Source: Candidatus Poribacteria bacterium
Lineage (GTDB): Bacteria; Poribacteria; WGA-4E; UBA9662
Direction of reading: 5' to 3'
NCBI GenBank assembly: GCA_046582655.1
Contig: JAYGDX010000094.1
Coordinates: 1-45,271 of the forward strand
Length of the DNA stretch: 45,271 bases
In this document: positions 31,401 through 39,979 of the stretch, one piece after another
Layout of the letters: every line of letters begins with the position of its first letter
How positions within the stretch are numbered: position 1 is the first letter of the stretch
The notes under the pieces: model-generated
Seen by the model: the letters and a program-made list of their open reading frames with translations, nothing else
Database searches by the model: none
Told to the model about the DNA's origin: nothing
Position numbers and translations under genes: made by a program

Positions 31401-34400
31401 CCTTATTGCTAACAATAAGACAGTTGATAATGTTCGGATCGGACCTATTATGGCACACAATTCCACTACCATTCAGGGCTTGATTATTGGTAATGATACA
31501 GTTGGAAATACGGGGAAAAGATTTGGATTTACAGTGGATTCCACCGCCATCACCCGCAACGGCCTGATTATCGGCGATAGTACAATTGTTAATCGATGGG
31601 GAGGAATTTTTGCAATAGATACCACCGCCATCGCGAGCTGATTTATTATTGGTAATGATGCAATCAATGATGTTCGGATCGGATTTATCGTAACAAAATA
31701 TTCCTCCGCCACTTTGAGCCTGATTATCTGAAATTGTACATCCGGTAATAGTCGGAGAAGATCTATCAGCACAAAAAACCCCCCCGCCACTACCGGAGGA
31801 CCGGTTACCAGTAATAATACAATTTTTGACAATGGGTGATGAACCGTTTTGACAAAATATCCCACTACCACCAATTTGAGTCTGATTGCCAGTAATTCTA
31901 CAGTCTATAATCATAGGGGATGAATTATCGCAAAATATCCCGCCCCCCTTCACTATAGTAAATCCTTCTAGGACAGCAGATTGTGTTTCCCCGTTTCGGA
32001 AGTACACCCCTCTGACATCCTGATCTTGACAATCGATAATTGTGGACACCGCTCCACTAACAGATCTAACGGCGATTGCTTTTCCCAAAAAATCTAGGCT
32101 GACATTGCCAAGCCCTTTGTATGTACCAACATCAACGAGAACAATATCACCACTACCCGCAACATCAATTGCAGTTTGGATTGTTGGCCGATCTTGCGGC
32201 ACACGGATAACCATGGTTATTTTGACATTTAGCGGATTTTCATAAGCACCTATATCGGGAGGTGAACCTCTATAATTACCTTCAACATCAGTTTTGGGAG
32301 CACCTTCGGCAGTGCCTGCCCCTATACAGAGACTATTGTCCCTGAGGTGATAGTCTCCATTGACAGGATCAACAAACAGTGGATCGACGTCAGGCACTAA
32401 TGTGCTAAGTCTAATATTGCCATCTCCCCAGTTAACGGTTCCGTTGTCATTGGTAACGATCCCCGATTTCCCACCTTGGATATCGGAGTACGAAACAGTG
32501 ATTGTATTGGGCTTACCAATCCCAAAATAGACTTCCTGTGGACTATCTTTCCAGAAAATAGCATTAACAACAATAGGAGAGGAACCAGCTGAACAAAAAA
32601 CACCTCCACCATTTTCAGCCTGATTGTTAATGAACGTGCAATTAATCAAGCGAGGAGCAGAAGAGGAACAAAATATCCCGCTACCATTTTGGGCCTGACT
32701 GTTGATAACAACACAGTTGGCAATCGTTGGTGACGAATTATTACAATAGATTCCACCACCATTGTCTACCGATTGATTGCCAATAATCTTACAGTTGGTG
32801 ATATCAGGAGAAGAATTAGCTGAGCAAAAAACACCTCCACCATTTTCAGCCTGATTGCCCGTAATAATACAATCAACGATGTTAGGAGAAGAAGCCCCAC
32901 AAAGAATCCCACCACCATTTTCAGCCTGATTATTGACAATGATACAGTTAGCAATCGTCGGTGACGAATTATTGAAATAGATCCCACCTCCCACATTGTT
33001 CGGCCATACGCCCGTCGCATTCCCTCTGGTGATGGTAAAACCATCCAAAACTGATAACGGCGTCTCCCTATTTCGAAAATAAAAACCCCGGGTATGCTGA
33101 TCCTGACAATCTATTATGGTGGTGCCCGCCCCATTAACAGACTTTACTGTTATCGTCTTGCCCTTGAAATCTAGATTGACGTTTCCTACTCCCGTATACG
33201 TCCCATCAGATACCAGAACAGTCTCCCCATCAACTGCCGCATCAATTCCATCTTGAATGTTCGGTTTATCTTGCGGCACAAGGATTTCGTTGGATTGCGG
33301 TAATGCTGACACGTAACCAGTCTTATCACTCTCATTGCCAACATTGTCCAAAGCCGAAATCTGATAGTAATAAGTTGTGCCGTTATCCAAACCAAGGTGG
33401 GTATATCTTTCTGTACCAGCAACAACCTTTGCCAGAAACGGTATCAAATCGCTACTGCCCCCCCCATAGATATGATAGGCGGAAAGATCATTCTCACTGT
33501 TAGCCGACCAGATTAACCTCACCTGACCGTTGCTAGCTATTGTTGCCAGCCCCAATGGCGCAGTAGGCGAGGAAGTATCTATCACTAATCCTTTCTTGAA
33601 TGACAATGATCTTATACCTCCAGGCACCGGCAATGTTAAGACGGCACTGTTTCCTGCCGCATCCTCAATACGCCCCCCGTTCAAAGTCAGCGCATTGTCA
33701 GCACTGTAACCCAAGTCATCACTGTTCTGACCAGCTGCAACCGTATAAATGAAAGTTAAAGTATCTGTACCACTGCCACTGGAATAATCAACCACGGCAT
33801 CCTTTGCCCCGGTTTCTAGAGTGAGTTGTGGTGTTTCTGTAACTATGACACTTTCGCTGAAGATAATTGTAAGCGCTATAATATCTGGCTCTTTATAGAT
33901 ACCATTTCTCGTAGGGGAAGTAACCACAGCAACCACAGGAGGAGTAATATCTGTTGGTGTGGCACGCAAATTTTCATAGGCCCCAATATCCGGTTTGGAA
34001 CCAGTTGGATTTGGACGGGCATTACCCTCAATATCTGTTTTAGGTGCGTTCCTCATGGTACCAGCACCAATACAGGAACTATTATCTCTAAGATGATAAT
34101 TCTCAGCAGCAGCCTCTACAAAAAGCGGATCAACGTCGATGTTACCGTCAGCCCAATTAATTCTTCCATTATCATTGGTGACAATTTCAGCCTGGCCACC
34201 TTGAACGTTGGAATAGGAGACGGCAATTTTGTTGGAAAGACCGGAATCACTGAAATAGATCGCCTGTGGGCTATCTTCCCAAACGATGGTGTTGATGATG
34301 GTGAGAGACAAATTGTTGAAACCATAAATCCCACCACCAATCTCCGACTGATTGTTGGTGATAGTACAATTAATAAAACGCGAAGATGAATTATTAGAAC

Positions 34401-34977
34401 AATAAACTCCTCCTCCATTCTTCTGTGCCTGATTTTTGGTAATAGTGCAATTGACGAGGTCAGGAGACGATTCGGCACAAAGGATCCCACCACCATTACT
34501 GGCTTGATTTCCTGTGACAATGCAATTGATGATAGTCGGAGAAGATTTGTTGCAATAGATCCCACCTCCAATATTATTCGGCCAGACACCTGTAGCTTTG
34601 CCTCCAGTTATTGTGAATCCATCTACGAAAGAAGATAGTGTTTCCCCGCTATGAAAATAAAATCCCCTTATATTTTGATTTTGGCAGTCGATAATGGTGG
34701 CCGCAGCACCATTAACAGATTTGACGGTAATGGTCTTTCCTTTGAAATCTAAATTGACGTTACCTTCTCCGGTATACGTGCCATCGGACACCAGAACAGT
34801 ATCTCCATCAACTGCTGTCTCAATTCCAGCCTGTATGGTCGGTTGATCTTTCGGTACATGGACCGTAGCTGCATGAAGCCATTGACACCCCCAAACTAAA
34901 ATTATCAACCCTACAGTAAACATTGACTCCCGTTTCACCGCTAGCAGGGCACATAAATTTTTGTCCAGTATAGCCAT
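25471..34977 (-). CDS. Giant (~3,170 aa) secreted/surface protein: 7 right-handed beta-helix modules, 2x(Ig-like + Fn3), tandem-95/cadherin-like Ig, dockerin, FlgD-Ig/T9SS-like C-terminal domain
   Basis: Open frame 25471-35043; start probably 34977 or 34923, before the hydrophobic FTVGLIILVW signal. Seven VP(Q/K)D-(P/S)(T/N)IQ...GD-VLV-DG-Y N-caps each close with PD(I/M)GAYE or a variant. Also GGG(I/V)YC..SSP...NC.I..N.A coils, GSDADGDRLTY...YTP-ANFYGTDTFTFKAND, paired GDVN-D-FVN--DLV, and QNYPNPFNPETWIPF...YWDGK...ASGIYF. Confidence 0.9.
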   Translation of the reverse strand: MAILDKNLCALLAVKRESMFTVGLIILVWGCQWLHAATVHVPKDQPTIQAGIETAVDGDTVLVSDGTYTGEGNVNLDFKGKTITVKSVNGAAATIIDCQNQNIRGFYFHSGETLSSFVDGFTITGGKATGVWPNNIGGGIYCNKSSPTIINCIVTGNQASNGGGILCAESSPDLVNCTITKNQAQKNGGGVYCSNNSSSRFINCTITNNQSEIGGGIYGFNNLSLTIINTIVWEDSPQAIYFSDSGLSNKIAVSYSNVQGGQAEIVTNDNGRINWADGNIDVDPLFVEAAAENYHLRDNSSCIGAGTMRNAPKTDIEGNARPNPTGSKPDIGAYENLRATPTDITPPVVAVVTSPTRNGIYKEPDIIALTIIFSESVIVTETPQLTLETGAKDAVVDYSSGSGTDTLTFIYTVAAGQNSDDLGYSADNALTLNGGRIEDAAGNSAVLTLPVPGGIRSLSFKKGLVIDTSSPTAPLGLATIASNGQVRLIWSANSENDLSAYHIYGGGSSDLIPFLAKVVAGTERYTHLGLDNGTTYYYQISALDNVGNESDKTGYVSALPQSNEILVPQDKPNIQDGIDAAVDGETVLVSDGTYTGVGNVNLDFKGKTITVKSVNGAGTTIIDCQDQHTRGFYFRNRETPLSVLDGFTITRGNATGVWPNNVGGGIYFNNSSPTIANCIIVNNQAENGGGILCGASSPNIVDCIITGNQAENGGGVFCSANSSPDITNCKIIGNQSVDNGGGIYCNNSSPTIANCVVINSQAQNGSGIFCSSSAPRLINCTFINNQAENGGGVFCSAGSSPIVVNAIFWKDSPQEVYFGIGKPNTITVSYSDIQGGKSGIVTNDNGTVNWGDGNIRLSTLVPDVDPLFVDPVNGDYHLRDNSLCIGAGTAEGAPKTDVEGNYRGSPPDIGAYENPLNVKITMVIRVPQDRPTIQTAIDVAGSGDIVLVDVGTYKGLGNVSLDFLGKAIAVRSVSGAVSTIIDCQDQDVRGVYFRNGETQSAVLEGFTIVKGGGIFCDNSSPMIIDCRITGNQTQIGGSGIFCQNGSSPIVKNCIITGNRSSGSGGGVFCADRSSPTITGCTISDNQAQSGGGIFCYDKSDPNIIDCIITNNKSARDGGGIYCKNSSPSINNCTIADNQAVAGDGGGIHCKSKSFPRISNCIITNNQALNGSGIVCHNRSDPNIINCLIVSNKAQSRGGGVLCDVNSSPTFINCTVVGNQAGSGGGIYSQNSSSPTVINTIFWADSPQEIYFGTGRPSTISVSYSDVQGGKSKIVTNDNGTVNWGAGNIRTSSVIPDADPLFVDAVNGDYHLLDDSLCIGMGTVVDIPTDIEGNVRGVPPDIGAYESVLDTRLVTTIRVPQDKSTIQAGINAATRGDMVLVADGVYTGRSNVSLDFMGKSIIVRSVNGAASAIVDCQNQNTRGFYFRNGETQTSVLDGFTITNGSGIFCSNSSPTIVNCTITNNQAQNGAGIVCYNSSSPTITSCIITDNQAQSGAGVYCEKSSPNLTNCTIIGNRADSNGGGVFCNNSLLIIINCTITNNQAQSGGGIYGTNNVLLTVINTILWGDSPQEIFLSVGKPNTINISYSDVQDGQSGIVVNDNGTVNWEDGNIEVDPLFVDAIVGDYRLMYDSSCIGAGTNTGTPLTDILGNPRGVSPDIGAYENPLDFKRTAPIRVPQDQPTIQAGIDKAINGDTVLVADGIYTGTGNVNLDLKGKTITVRSVNRAASTIIDCQSQDTGGFYFRSGETQASVLDGFTITNGSGIYCHNSSPTITNCIIIDNQSINGGGVFCGNDSSPRLINCVVTNNRAQTGGGIYSDNSSPMITNCTITDNLADNGGGIFCRNGSSVTIIGAIIWENSPDEIVFGDGDPSLARISYSNVQAVISYGRRGKIKWGGGNINADPLFVDTTSWNYRIKDNSSCIGAGAAEGVPVMDIEGNYRGTPPDMGAYENLLDLRLILPIRVPQDQPTIQSGIDAAVSGDIILVDDGTYKGKGNVDLDFKGKAITIRSVNGSTSTIIDCQDQDVRGVYFRNGETQSSVLRGFTITKSKVKSGGGIYCENASPTIAKCVIIDNQSTNGGGIYCVNNSSPVVVDCIVTANQVSRNGGGIYASNNSSPSVTGCIISNNQASNGSGIYCINNSSPVIVNCVVADNQAVGDGGGIYCGASSPILTNCTISDNQASNGSGIYCRLFSSPSLINTIIWGESPQVIYFSDSSISNEITVSYSNVQGGRAGIATNSNGIINWGNGNIDVDPLFVDAAVGDYHLMDNNPCIGVGTSTSMPKTDIEGNSRPNPTGSKPDMGAYENLHGTPTDVTASVVTSVSSTARNGVYRESDVIALTITFSESVIVKETPQLTLETGAKDAVVDYFNGSGTDTLTFIYTVAAGQNSGDLGYSVDNALTLNGGRIEDAAGNSAILTLPVPGDIKSLSFKKELMIDTSPPTAPLGLTTAAGSNQVKLIWSANSESDLSAYHIYGGSSSDSAAFLAKVIAGTEKYTLLGLDNGTIYYYQISALDNAGHESDKTGYVSALPQSNEIRVPQDKPNIQSGIDAAVDGDSVLVSDGTYMGVGNVNLDFKGKAITVKSVNGADTTIIDCQDQYIRGFYFRNRETPLSVLDGFTITRGNATGIWPNNVGGGIYFNNSSPTIINCIIINNQVARYGGGLFCYDSSSPYLINCIVADNQSMGNGGAIYCISDSAPIVTNCNIVNNRAVGDGGAVYCYDVSSPRFINCTIVNNLAQRGVGIYCSASSSPVLVNVILWGDLLPQVYFSENDRSNAISISYSDVQGGKTGIVTNDNGTVNWADSNIDVDPLFISSVDGDYRLEANSPCIDVGTLESGVNIDLRDYAGGSLPNMGSYGNWLPSVTITSNSNPIADGQTIKTVTGALIEFELTGSDADGDRLTYTIVSYPSNGKLSGTSPKLTYTPKANFYGTDTFTFKANDGTNDSNIGIIIVDVGSISDKVVDTGRVALGDVNGDNFVNIFDLVQVALQFGQIGGNLVGDVNQDSFVNVLDLVQVTRNFGQALSAPAMLSNKFDFSSPQKKNIQLAIMELEKISRRSETEELVLSVLRTLSMSLPGQTLLRQNYPNPFNPETWIPFELSQSSKVTVVVYNVIGTPIRTIRIGYMEAGRYVSRSRAVYWDGKTDAGGKVASGIYFCTLRTQDYTSTQKMVILK
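27040..28395. repeat. ~1.35 kb direct repeat, copy A (pairs with 32941-34296)
   Basis: High DNA identity to 32941-34296 at a constant offset of 5901 nt, checked at 27061/32962 and 28341/34242. Confidence 0.9.
32941..34296. repeat. ~1.35 kb direct repeat, copy B (pairs with 27040-28395)
   Basis: Encodes the end of one beta-helix module, the Ig-like and Fn3 domains, and the start of the next module; near-identical to copy A. Confidence 0.9.
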
Positions 34978-34999
34978 TCTAAATTCTTGCCTAATTCCT

Positions 35000-35797
35000 T
35001 CAACCACGCTGCAAATGCGACCATTCCGACTTAGGACAACCACTTTCTCGATCCCATTGAGACAGATCTAAATACGGTGATAAAGCACTCAGGCCAAACA
35101 CTCGTTTACCCTCTTCACCTGCTCGATCTAAAACTTCCGGTTCGACAATTCGCGAGAGTTCAGATTCACCGCGCAACCATTGTCTACGCCAAGGCGTAAA
35201 AAGCGCATACCGCGTTTCACCGGCAGAGTTCTCAGAAGCACCATGCCACGTGTTAATGTTGAAGATCAGCGTTGACCCCCGCTCAGCTTCAACGATTCTT
35301 TCACCATAAACTGGAGAAGGAGGTACGCTGAGTGCCTGGTACTTATAACTGCCAGGCACAACTCGAGTCGCACCGTTGGTTTTTGTAAAATTACTGATAC
35401 AGAAAATAACGTTAAATGCTAATACATGACTGGTAATCCGACGGTTGTTATCCACTGGTGCAAGTGAATCCAATCGGTTAGGACCAGTTATCGATCCATC
35501 GGAATGAAGACCCCCTCCTCCTGATCCAGAATGAAGAATACTGCCATAAACACCACTGAGAACAGCATCTTGACCCAGAAAATGCCGAATGACCTCCAAT
35601 AATGGCGGAATTTGATAAACCCGCTCAAAAACTCGAGCCTTATTGAACAGGTTTCCCAGCCAAACTTTCTTTTCCGAAAGCCCTTCAAGTTCTTGTCGGG
35701 CTTGATCACATTCATCCGAGGTAAGCACACCTGGCAGGACCGTATAGCCATCTAACTGAATACGTAAAATATGCTCGTCAAATTCATCGCGCGTCAT
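35000..35797 (-). CDS. Phytanoyl-CoA dioxygenase (PhyH) family Fe(II)/2OG oxygenase
   Basis: DGYTVLPGVL, HSD facial-triad motif, NGATRVVPGS, and WHGASEN....R. Likely start MTRDEFD at 35797. Confidence 0.85.
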   Translation of the reverse strand: MTRDEFDEHILRIQLDGYTVLPGVLTSDECDQARQELEGLSEKKVWLGNLFNKARVFERVYQIPPLLEVIRHFLGQDAVLSGVYGSILHSGSGGGGLHSDGSITGPNRLDSLAPVDNNRRITSHVLAFNVIFCISNFTKTNGATRVVPGSYKYQALSVPPSPVYGERIVEAERGSTLIFNINTWHGASENSAGETRYALFTPWRRQWLRGESELSRIVEPEVLDRAGEEGKRVFGLSALSPYLDLSQWDRESGCPKSEWSHLQRG

Positions 35798-36019
35798 TTT
35801 TAAAACCCTCATAAATTTAATAAACATCCTGTATAGTGAAACAGGATTCAAATGCTTTTACCGCATTTTTCCCAACTGGGCGTAATTCCCTAAAATCCGG
35901 CAGTTGATAATGATTACTGGATGGTTGTGGAACACCCAACTTTTCCTCAAAGCTCGAGAAAATAAATGCCAATCCTGACTCTCTTAGCTTTGCGCGAAAG
36001 AGGATGATATACTTATACT

Positions 36020-37777
36020 TCACTGGACTTGACTAGCATACACATAGTAAGCACCAATAGTAAAATTATCTTCATCCGTTAAAAAAGTCTGTAAACGAGT
36101 TTCACCTGCCTTCAGGACAAATGTGAACTTTATTCCTTTAGCATCAGAGGGGATGGTCTTCACTTGTTCCTGATCACCAATTCGGATCTGAGCCTTTTCC
36201 AAGTTAAGAGCCTGGCCGCCATTATATAGATCAATTATTTCTCCAAGAATCCCTGCCGTAATATATCTATCCTCTTCTTTGGGCCATCGTCTGAGTTCAA
36301 AGACATACTCACCATCCTCAGCGATTTCAACTGCCCAGTATCCATTGCACTCCAATCCATGGCGTATTTGTCCCTGATTCCAAGCATGAGCTTCACCATG
36401 CCAATCGTGACTGGTTAGCAATGAAATCTTTTCACTTTGACTACCAATTATAATTGGGCAGTCCTCATCAAAACGAGGTGAAACCAAATCCCACCATATT
36501 TCATAATGTTTACGGAGTTGCCCAACCAGATCCGGATGATCAACAGACACATCATCCCGTTGCTCCGGATCAACCAAAATGTCATAAAGTCCAGCACCGT
36601 TAATCAACCGCCAACGTCGGGTCATGGTCGCGCTTTGCTTCCATTTAATTGGATGTTCAACACGTTGCGAATCGGTGACAATCACCCGATCTGGCCATTC
36701 TTCAGTCTCGCCACGAAACAAAGGAACCAAACTGATACCGTGAAACTGACGATCTTCTGCCACCTGCAATTGACACAAATCTATCAGTGTCGGCAACAGG
36801 TCTATGTTAGCAGCCAATTGATCAACATCTCGTCCCTCTGTAAACCCAGCGTCAGGCCAATGCATAAAAAACGGCACACGATGTCCACCTTCATACTCTG
36901 ATCCCTTCTTACCACGCATACCGGCGTTAAACCCATCTGAGACATATTGATCCCAATCCAATTCACAACCAGCATCTGAACCATTGTCAGTCATAAAAAT
37001 CAGAATCGTGTTATCTTCAATACCGAGATTTTTCAGCCTGGTTCGCAATCGCGCCATATTTTCGTCGATGTTAGTAATCATTCCGTAAAAATTGGCACGA
37101 GAGTCAGGAACTTGTCCACGATAAAGTTCACTATAAGAATTTGGGACACGAAACGGACCGTGCGGCGCATTAGTCGACAGATAGCAAAAAAATGGCTGAT
37201 CCTTGTTTCGTTCGATGAACTTCATGGCCTCATCAAACCAAACGTCAGTACAGTAACCTTCAAAAGATTCTTCTACCCCGTTCCGAAAGAAGGTATCATC
37301 AAAGTAATCATTTCCCCAATAATCCGGTGTTTGACTAATCCCACCTCCACCATGGTAAAGTGCCTCTTCAAATCCCCGATTATGTGGCCGAAATGGATAA
37401 TTATCGCCTAAATGCCATTTGCCGAACATGCCCGTTCTGTAACCATTCGCACGAAAGATATCGGCCATTGTAACTTCATCATGGCGTAGAAGTGAACGCC
37501 CTCCGATAGTGTGCCAAACACCAGTACAGTTACAGTAACGACCAGTCATAATCCCAGCTCGGGTAGGAGCACAAGTTGGACCAACATGCAAATTAGCCAA
37601 GCGAAGGCTTTGACCATGCAACCGGTCCAGGTTCGGGGTTTGGATAATCGGGTTCCCGTGACAACCCAAATCACCGTATCCTTGATCATCAGTAATTACA
37701 AATACAACGTTTGGCTGACCACCAACACTAGCCTGATGCTGAAACCCAACTTGATTATTCAAAACCTGGTTGGACAT
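36020..37777 (-). CDS. Arylsulfatase (formylglycine-dependent, S1 family)
   Basis: PNVVFVITDDQGYGD, CAPTRA (C-x-P-x-R FGly motif), GKWHLG, NAPHGP, TDNG and KGSEYEGGHRVP. Confidence 0.93.
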   Translation of the reverse strand: MSNQVLNNQVGFQHQASVGGQPNVVFVITDDQGYGDLGCHGNPIIQTPNLDRLHGQSLRLANLHVGPTCAPTRAGIMTGRYCNCTGVWHTIGGRSLLRHDEVTMADIFRANGYRTGMFGKWHLGDNYPFRPHNRGFEEALYHGGGGISQTPDYWGNDYFDDTFFRNGVEESFEGYCTDVWFDEAMKFIERNKDQPFFCYLSTNAPHGPFRVPNSYSELYRGQVPDSRANFYGMITNIDENMARLRTRLKNLGIEDNTILIFMTDNGSDAGCELDWDQYVSDGFNAGMRGKKGSEYEGGHRVPFFMHWPDAGFTEGRDVDQLAANIDLLPTLIDLCQLQVAEDRQFHGISLVPLFRGETEEWPDRVIVTDSQRVEHPIKWKQSATMTRRWRLINGAGLYDILVDPEQRDDVSVDHPDLVGQLRKHYEIWWDLVSPRFDEDCPIIIGSQSEKISLLTSHDWHGEAHAWNQGQIRHGLECNGYWAVEIAEDGEYVFELRRWPKEEDRYITAGILGEIIDLYNGGQALNLEKAQIRIGDQEQVKTIPSDAKGIKFTFVLKAGETRLQTFLTDEDNFTIGAYYVYASQVQ

Positions 37778-37906
37778 TAACTTCCCTCCTTAAATGGGAA
37801 AACGTTGATACAATCGACAGAGCCAATAATTTGAACCAACCGTCATCATTGATCCTGCTTAAGCTTGTACTCGAATCTTTAACGCATTTTAATTTACTTG
37901 CGCAAT

Positions 37907-38725
37907 CTAGTTCTCGGACTCCAATAAGATTACATTTTCAGCTGTTATTGTCACAGTTTGTCCATCGTATGGAAAAATTGTATTGGGGAAAATTTTTTGT
38001 GCCGCGGTCAAGGCTGATTGGGCTTGATTTTGCTGGCAATGAACCAAAGCCAGTAAGTTGACGTTGGCATCCCCAGCGATAGACGCTGCTTGTTCAGCCC
38101 CTGAGTGACCCGAAGAGGAACCCGGTTTTGGGTTTTCCGCACCATACGATGCTTCATGGATCAGAAAATGAGATCCCTTAACATGATCAGCAATTGACGG
38201 ATGATATGCAGTATCTCCTGTAAACGATACCACTGCCTGAGTATATTTATCTGTAAACCTATAACATAGCCCTTGTACCGGATGGATTGTGGTACTAGTA
38301 TCAATACAGAACACCTGATCTTGATAGGATTGTCCCGGTTGAATTGGGATAATATCCGGAGCATAATCTATGGCAGGGAAACGATGCGTTTGTAAAAAAA
38401 AACGTGCCGACTTGACTACCCTCTCTATATCCTCAGCAGGACCAACAATTTTAAGAGGTAATCTATCCGGATAATCACGGCGACGCATACTTAAATAAAA
38501 TAGTAGATGTGGCAAACCGATATAGTGATCATGATGACAATGTGTAATAAACAGATACTCCAAGCCCATCGGACTAAAACCATACTCCAGCATCTTGATA
38601 GCAGCATACCAACCTGTATCAACCAAGTATTTACCGTTAATGATAAAACTTACGGTATCGTATCCCGCTTCTGGAACAGCTGATCCAGTACTTAAAAACG
38701 TGACTTTTGTCTGGGGTTCGAGCAT
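37907..38725 (-). CDS. MBL-fold metallo-hydrolase, RNase Z/AtsA-like
   Basis: LVDTG, THCHHDHYIG (HxHxDH), TGDT, LIHEA, GHS and LVH. Confidence 0.85.
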   Translation of the reverse strand: MLEPQTKVTFLSTGSAVPEAGYDTVSFIINGKYLVDTGWYAAIKMLEYGFSPMGLEYLFITHCHHDHYIGLPHLLFYLSMRRRDYPDRLPLKIVGPAEDIERVVKSARFFLQTHRFPAIDYAPDIIPIQPGQSYQDQVFCIDTSTTIHPVQGLCYRFTDKYTQAVVSFTGDTAYHPSIADHVKGSHFLIHEASYGAENPKPGSSSGHSGAEQAASIAGDANVNLLALVHCQQNQAQSALTAAQKIFPNTIFPYDGQTVTITAENVILLESEN

Positions 38726-38779
38726 CTTTATGGTTTCAATAACTTAGCACACTCACTTCTTCATTTCTCTTCACCCATT

Positions 38780-39925
38780 TTACCAGTCGGCAACACTCCC
38801 ATCCGAATCATAGTAAAATTCTCCACCGAGTTCTTCTTGATAAACACCACAGTCCTGCTCAGCTTCTGTTTCATCAATTTCAAATCCCAGGCCGGGTTTG
38901 GTTGGCAAGTCAATATGACCATCTTTAACCCGCCAATTTTCTTTAAAGAGTCCGGCACCTAACCCTGAATCAACTTGTTCCTGAATCAAGAAGTTCGGTA
39001 CTGCGGCATCCACATGCAATGAAGCGGAAAAAGCCACGGGTCCAATGGCACAATGCGGCATAATATGTATATAGTAAACTTCACCCATATTTGCAACTTT
39101 CTTGAGTTCAGTAATACCACCGACATGAGAAGTATCAGGCTGGATATAAGCCACCGCCTGCTTCTCAAAAATCTCACGGAATTCCCAACGGGTTAACAGC
39201 CTTTCGCCAGTAGCAATAGGAAACGTAACATGATCGGAAACCAGTTTTAGGGCCTCAATATTTTCTTGAGGAACTGGTTCTTCAACGAACATCGGTCGCA
39301 TGCCTCTTAGTTCATGACAAATTTCAATCGCAAGTGCCGGCGTCATTTTGCCGTGGAAATCAAATGCCAGTTCAATATCCGGACCAACCCATTCACGCAT
39401 CAAGTAAGCACGTTCAACAAAACAATCAATAACTGATGGGGCTTCGTGAGCACGCCATTTCCCACCAAGCCCAGACTTGAATGCAGTATATCCCCCTGCT
39501 TTCTGTAACCATTCGAGTCGGTCTTTGGCGGATGCTTTGCCTTCATCTGTCAGGCTGCCAATTCCCCAATGCGCATAAACACGGATTCGATCTCGAACCG
39601 GACCGCCAAGTAGCTGATACACTGGCACCCCATAATATTTGCCCGAAATATCCCACAAGGCTTGATCAATCCCTGAAAGTGCTGTCATCAGCACGTTCCC
39701 TCCCCGAAAGAACGCAGACCGATAGATGTGTTGCCAATGATGTTCAATTCGGAGTGGATCTTTCCCTATCAGATAACCCGACAGTTCTTCGACAGCGGCG
39801 ACGGTACTCTTCGGTTTCCCCTCAAGAGTGGTCTCTCCCCAACCGACCAAACCGTTATCAGTGGTAATTTTAACTAACCGTATTCGTGGACGCGGGAAAA
39901 ATTGTTCAATCCCAGTAATCTTCAT
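38780..39925 (-). CDS. dgoD: Galactonate dehydratase (mandelate racemase subgroup)
   Basis: GWGETTLEGK, IEHHWQHIYRSAFFRGG, SGIDQALWDI, DFHG, VEEP, ATGERL, QPDTSHVGGITE, MPH and IQE. Substrate is inferred from the family. Confidence 0.8.
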   Translation of the reverse strand: MKITGIEQFFPRPRIRLVKITTDNGLVGWGETTLEGKPKSTVAAVEELSGYLIGKDPLRIEHHWQHIYRSAFFRGGNVLMTALSGIDQALWDISGKYYGVPVYQLLGGPVRDRIRVYAHWGIGSLTDEGKASAKDRLEWLQKAGGYTAFKSGLGGKWRAHEAPSVIDCFVERAYLMREWVGPDIELAFDFHGKMTPALAIEICHELRGMRPMFVEEPVPQENIEALKLVSDHVTFPIATGERLLTRWEFREIFEKQAVAYIQPDTSHVGGITELKKVANMGEVYYIHIMPHCAIGPVAFSASLHVDAAVPNFLIQEQVDSGLGAGLFKENWRVKDGHIDLPTKPGLGFEIDETEAEQDCGVYQEELGGEFYYDSDGSVADW

Positions 39926-39979
39926 AAATTACCTCTTCAGTGTCTACGCTAAAAGATTATTTTTAGTACGAGGACCAAG

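Noticed and set aside
27040..34296. Diversity-generating retroelement template/variable repeat pair
   Set aside because: The repeat is ~1.35 kb and both copies lie in frame in one gene. The differences inspected are not confined to adenines, and no reverse transcriptase is present in the window.
25492..34589. Numerous short alternative-frame and antisense ORFs inside the giant gene
   Set aside because: These are shadows of the repetitive coding frame with no recognisable motifs.
34978..35043. Longest start (35043) for the giant ORF
   Set aside because: It overlaps the PhyH gene 3' end by 44 nt and places the signal-like hydrophobic segment too far from the N-terminus. A start at 34977 or 34923 is more plausible.
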